A DNA stretch of 64,000 nt from the human T2T-CHM13v2.0 reference genome, Homo sapiens, in assembly GCF_009914755.1 (NCBI RefSeq), contig NC_060930.1, one strand, 5' to 3'. The notes below the pieces were generated by a model that saw nothing but the letters and a program-made list of their open reading frames with translations, made no database searches and was not told the origin of the DNA. This document shows, one piece after another, positions 62,893 through 64,000 of this stretch; the stretch's first letter is position 1, and each line of letters starts with the position of its first letter. A program made the translations under genes and the position numbers.

Positions 62893-63540
62893 CAGATTGA
62901 GCATCTCTAATCTGAAAATCTGAAATTCAAAGTCCTCTAAAATTTGAAACACTTCAAATTTCAAAACTTTATGAGCACTTGTGATACCACAAATGGAAAA
63001 TTCCACACCTGACCTCATGAAATGGGTTGCAGCAAAACAGAGGCACACCACAGTTTATTCAGCTTGCCATTGTTTGTTGCTGTTGTTTAACACTGATATG
63101 GGTATTACTTAGTTACACTTAACACATTATTTTTTCACTGTACCAATGGTGTGTCCTGTTTTTTAAGTGTTAAGTACTTATATGTGAATAAGTGTAAGAA
63201 AATGGTTGCATATAAATTCAAGAGTCAGTAATGATGGGGATACCAAGCAACTACAGATTGATTGTCCATCTAGTTGGCCGAGATAGTGACACCTTTGCTT
63301 TCTGATGATTCAGTGTACCTTGTTTCATGCAGAAAATTATTTAAATTATTCTATGAAATTACTTTCAAGCTGTGTGTAGAAGGTGTATTTGAAACATAAA
63401 TGAATTTTGTGTTTAGACATGCATCCCATTCTCAAGATAATCTCATTATGCACATATGGCAAATATTCCAAAATCTGAAAAAATCCAAAATGCAGAACAC
63501 TTCTGGTCCCAAGCATTTCAGATAAGGGATACTCAATCTG
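62893..63540. mobile_element. Internally deleted Tigger4-type element
   Basis: TIRs CAGATTGAGCATCTCTAATCTGAAA and revcomp CAGATTGAGTATCCCTTATCTGAAA; TA TSD at 62891-62892 and 63541-63542. Confidence 0.88.
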
Positions 63541-63571
63541 TATGTGGAAGCTGACATGTTTAAATAACCAC

Positions 63572-63616
63572 AGATCAGATGAGATCCAGCCCATTCAGGG
63601 TAGTATGGCTGTAGAC
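63572..63616 (-). pseudogene. 5S rRNA pseudogene fragment (nt 1-45)
   Basis: Reverse complement GTCTACAGCCATACTACCCTGAATGGGCTGGATCTCATCTGATCT vs human 5S 5' end GTCTACGGCCATACCACCCTGAACGCGCCCGATCTCGTCTGATCT: 38/45 identical. Confidence 0.88.
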
Positions 63617-64000
63617 ATCCCTCTACCCCTAATTCTTCTGCTTTGTTTGGGAAGAACATGGAAGAAAAGGTGACTTCTGCCTCCGCTGCTCTTACCCCCA
63701 CCATAGTGGCCTTTGGCGATGCCTCCTACCTTCCCCCAACAACTCTCTTGCGTGTTAGAGAGAAGGGGCCCTCCCAGCACAAAGTTGCATTCCTCCCCCC
63801 AATTTATTCTAATTTATTAATTTAGTCCCACCCCTTCTGAGCCTGCAGCCTTCTGCAGCCTGGGGACTGTAGAGTAAGTAGCTGCCCCAGCCCCTCCCAG
63901 GCCTGACCCAGCCTGGGGAGTGGGACAAGGTGTGGGTGTGGCCCTGTTGGAGGTTGATGTTGCTGTTTTTATCTCTTGGCTTTGTGTTTGTGTTCTGTGA
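63617..64000 (+). pseudogene. Probable processed-pseudogene fragment of an mRNA 3'UTR (continues past window)
   Basis: Abrupt switch to GC-richer, non-repeat, 3'UTR-like sequence directly abutting the 5S fragment; parent gene not verified. Confidence 0.5.

Noticed and set aside
63572-63616. Functional 5S rRNA gene
   Set aside because: Only 45 of ~120 nt, lacks the internal A/C-box promoter, and has 7 substitutions.

Overview
Primate, almost certainly human, genomic DNA (it carries a human-specific AluYb8) at the head-to-head RARS2/ORC3 locus. RARS2 coding exon 1 (MACGFRRAIACQ) is on the minus strand at 14218-14253, and 1-14217 is its intron 1. ORC3 starts 211 bp away on the plus strand. Its coding exons 1-13 (14465-60808, 1382 nt, about 460 codons, all GT-AG, phases consistent) lie in the window and the gene continues past the right edge. 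The two genes share a compact CpG-island promoter. The rest is repeat-rich intron: about 50 Alu/FLAM copies, truncated L1s, a complete two-LTR THE1B with a 5-bp TSD, three Tigger4/MER46 DNA transposons, MIR/L2 relics and microsatellites. Almost all ORFs in the supplied track are Alu/L1/THE1 artefacts. I found no new multi-gene system. The best unexplained items are: (i) a ~134-nt near-perfect, non-Alu hairpin in ORC3 intron 9; (ii) an inverted 5S rRNA fragment fused to an mRNA-3'UTR-like block at the right edge; (iii) a candidate intronic polyadenylation isoform after ORC3 exon 4; (iv) several candidate poison exons; (v) an AluYb8 that re-used the target site of an older Alu. Repeat subfamily calls and repeat boundaries were made by eye and are approximate.
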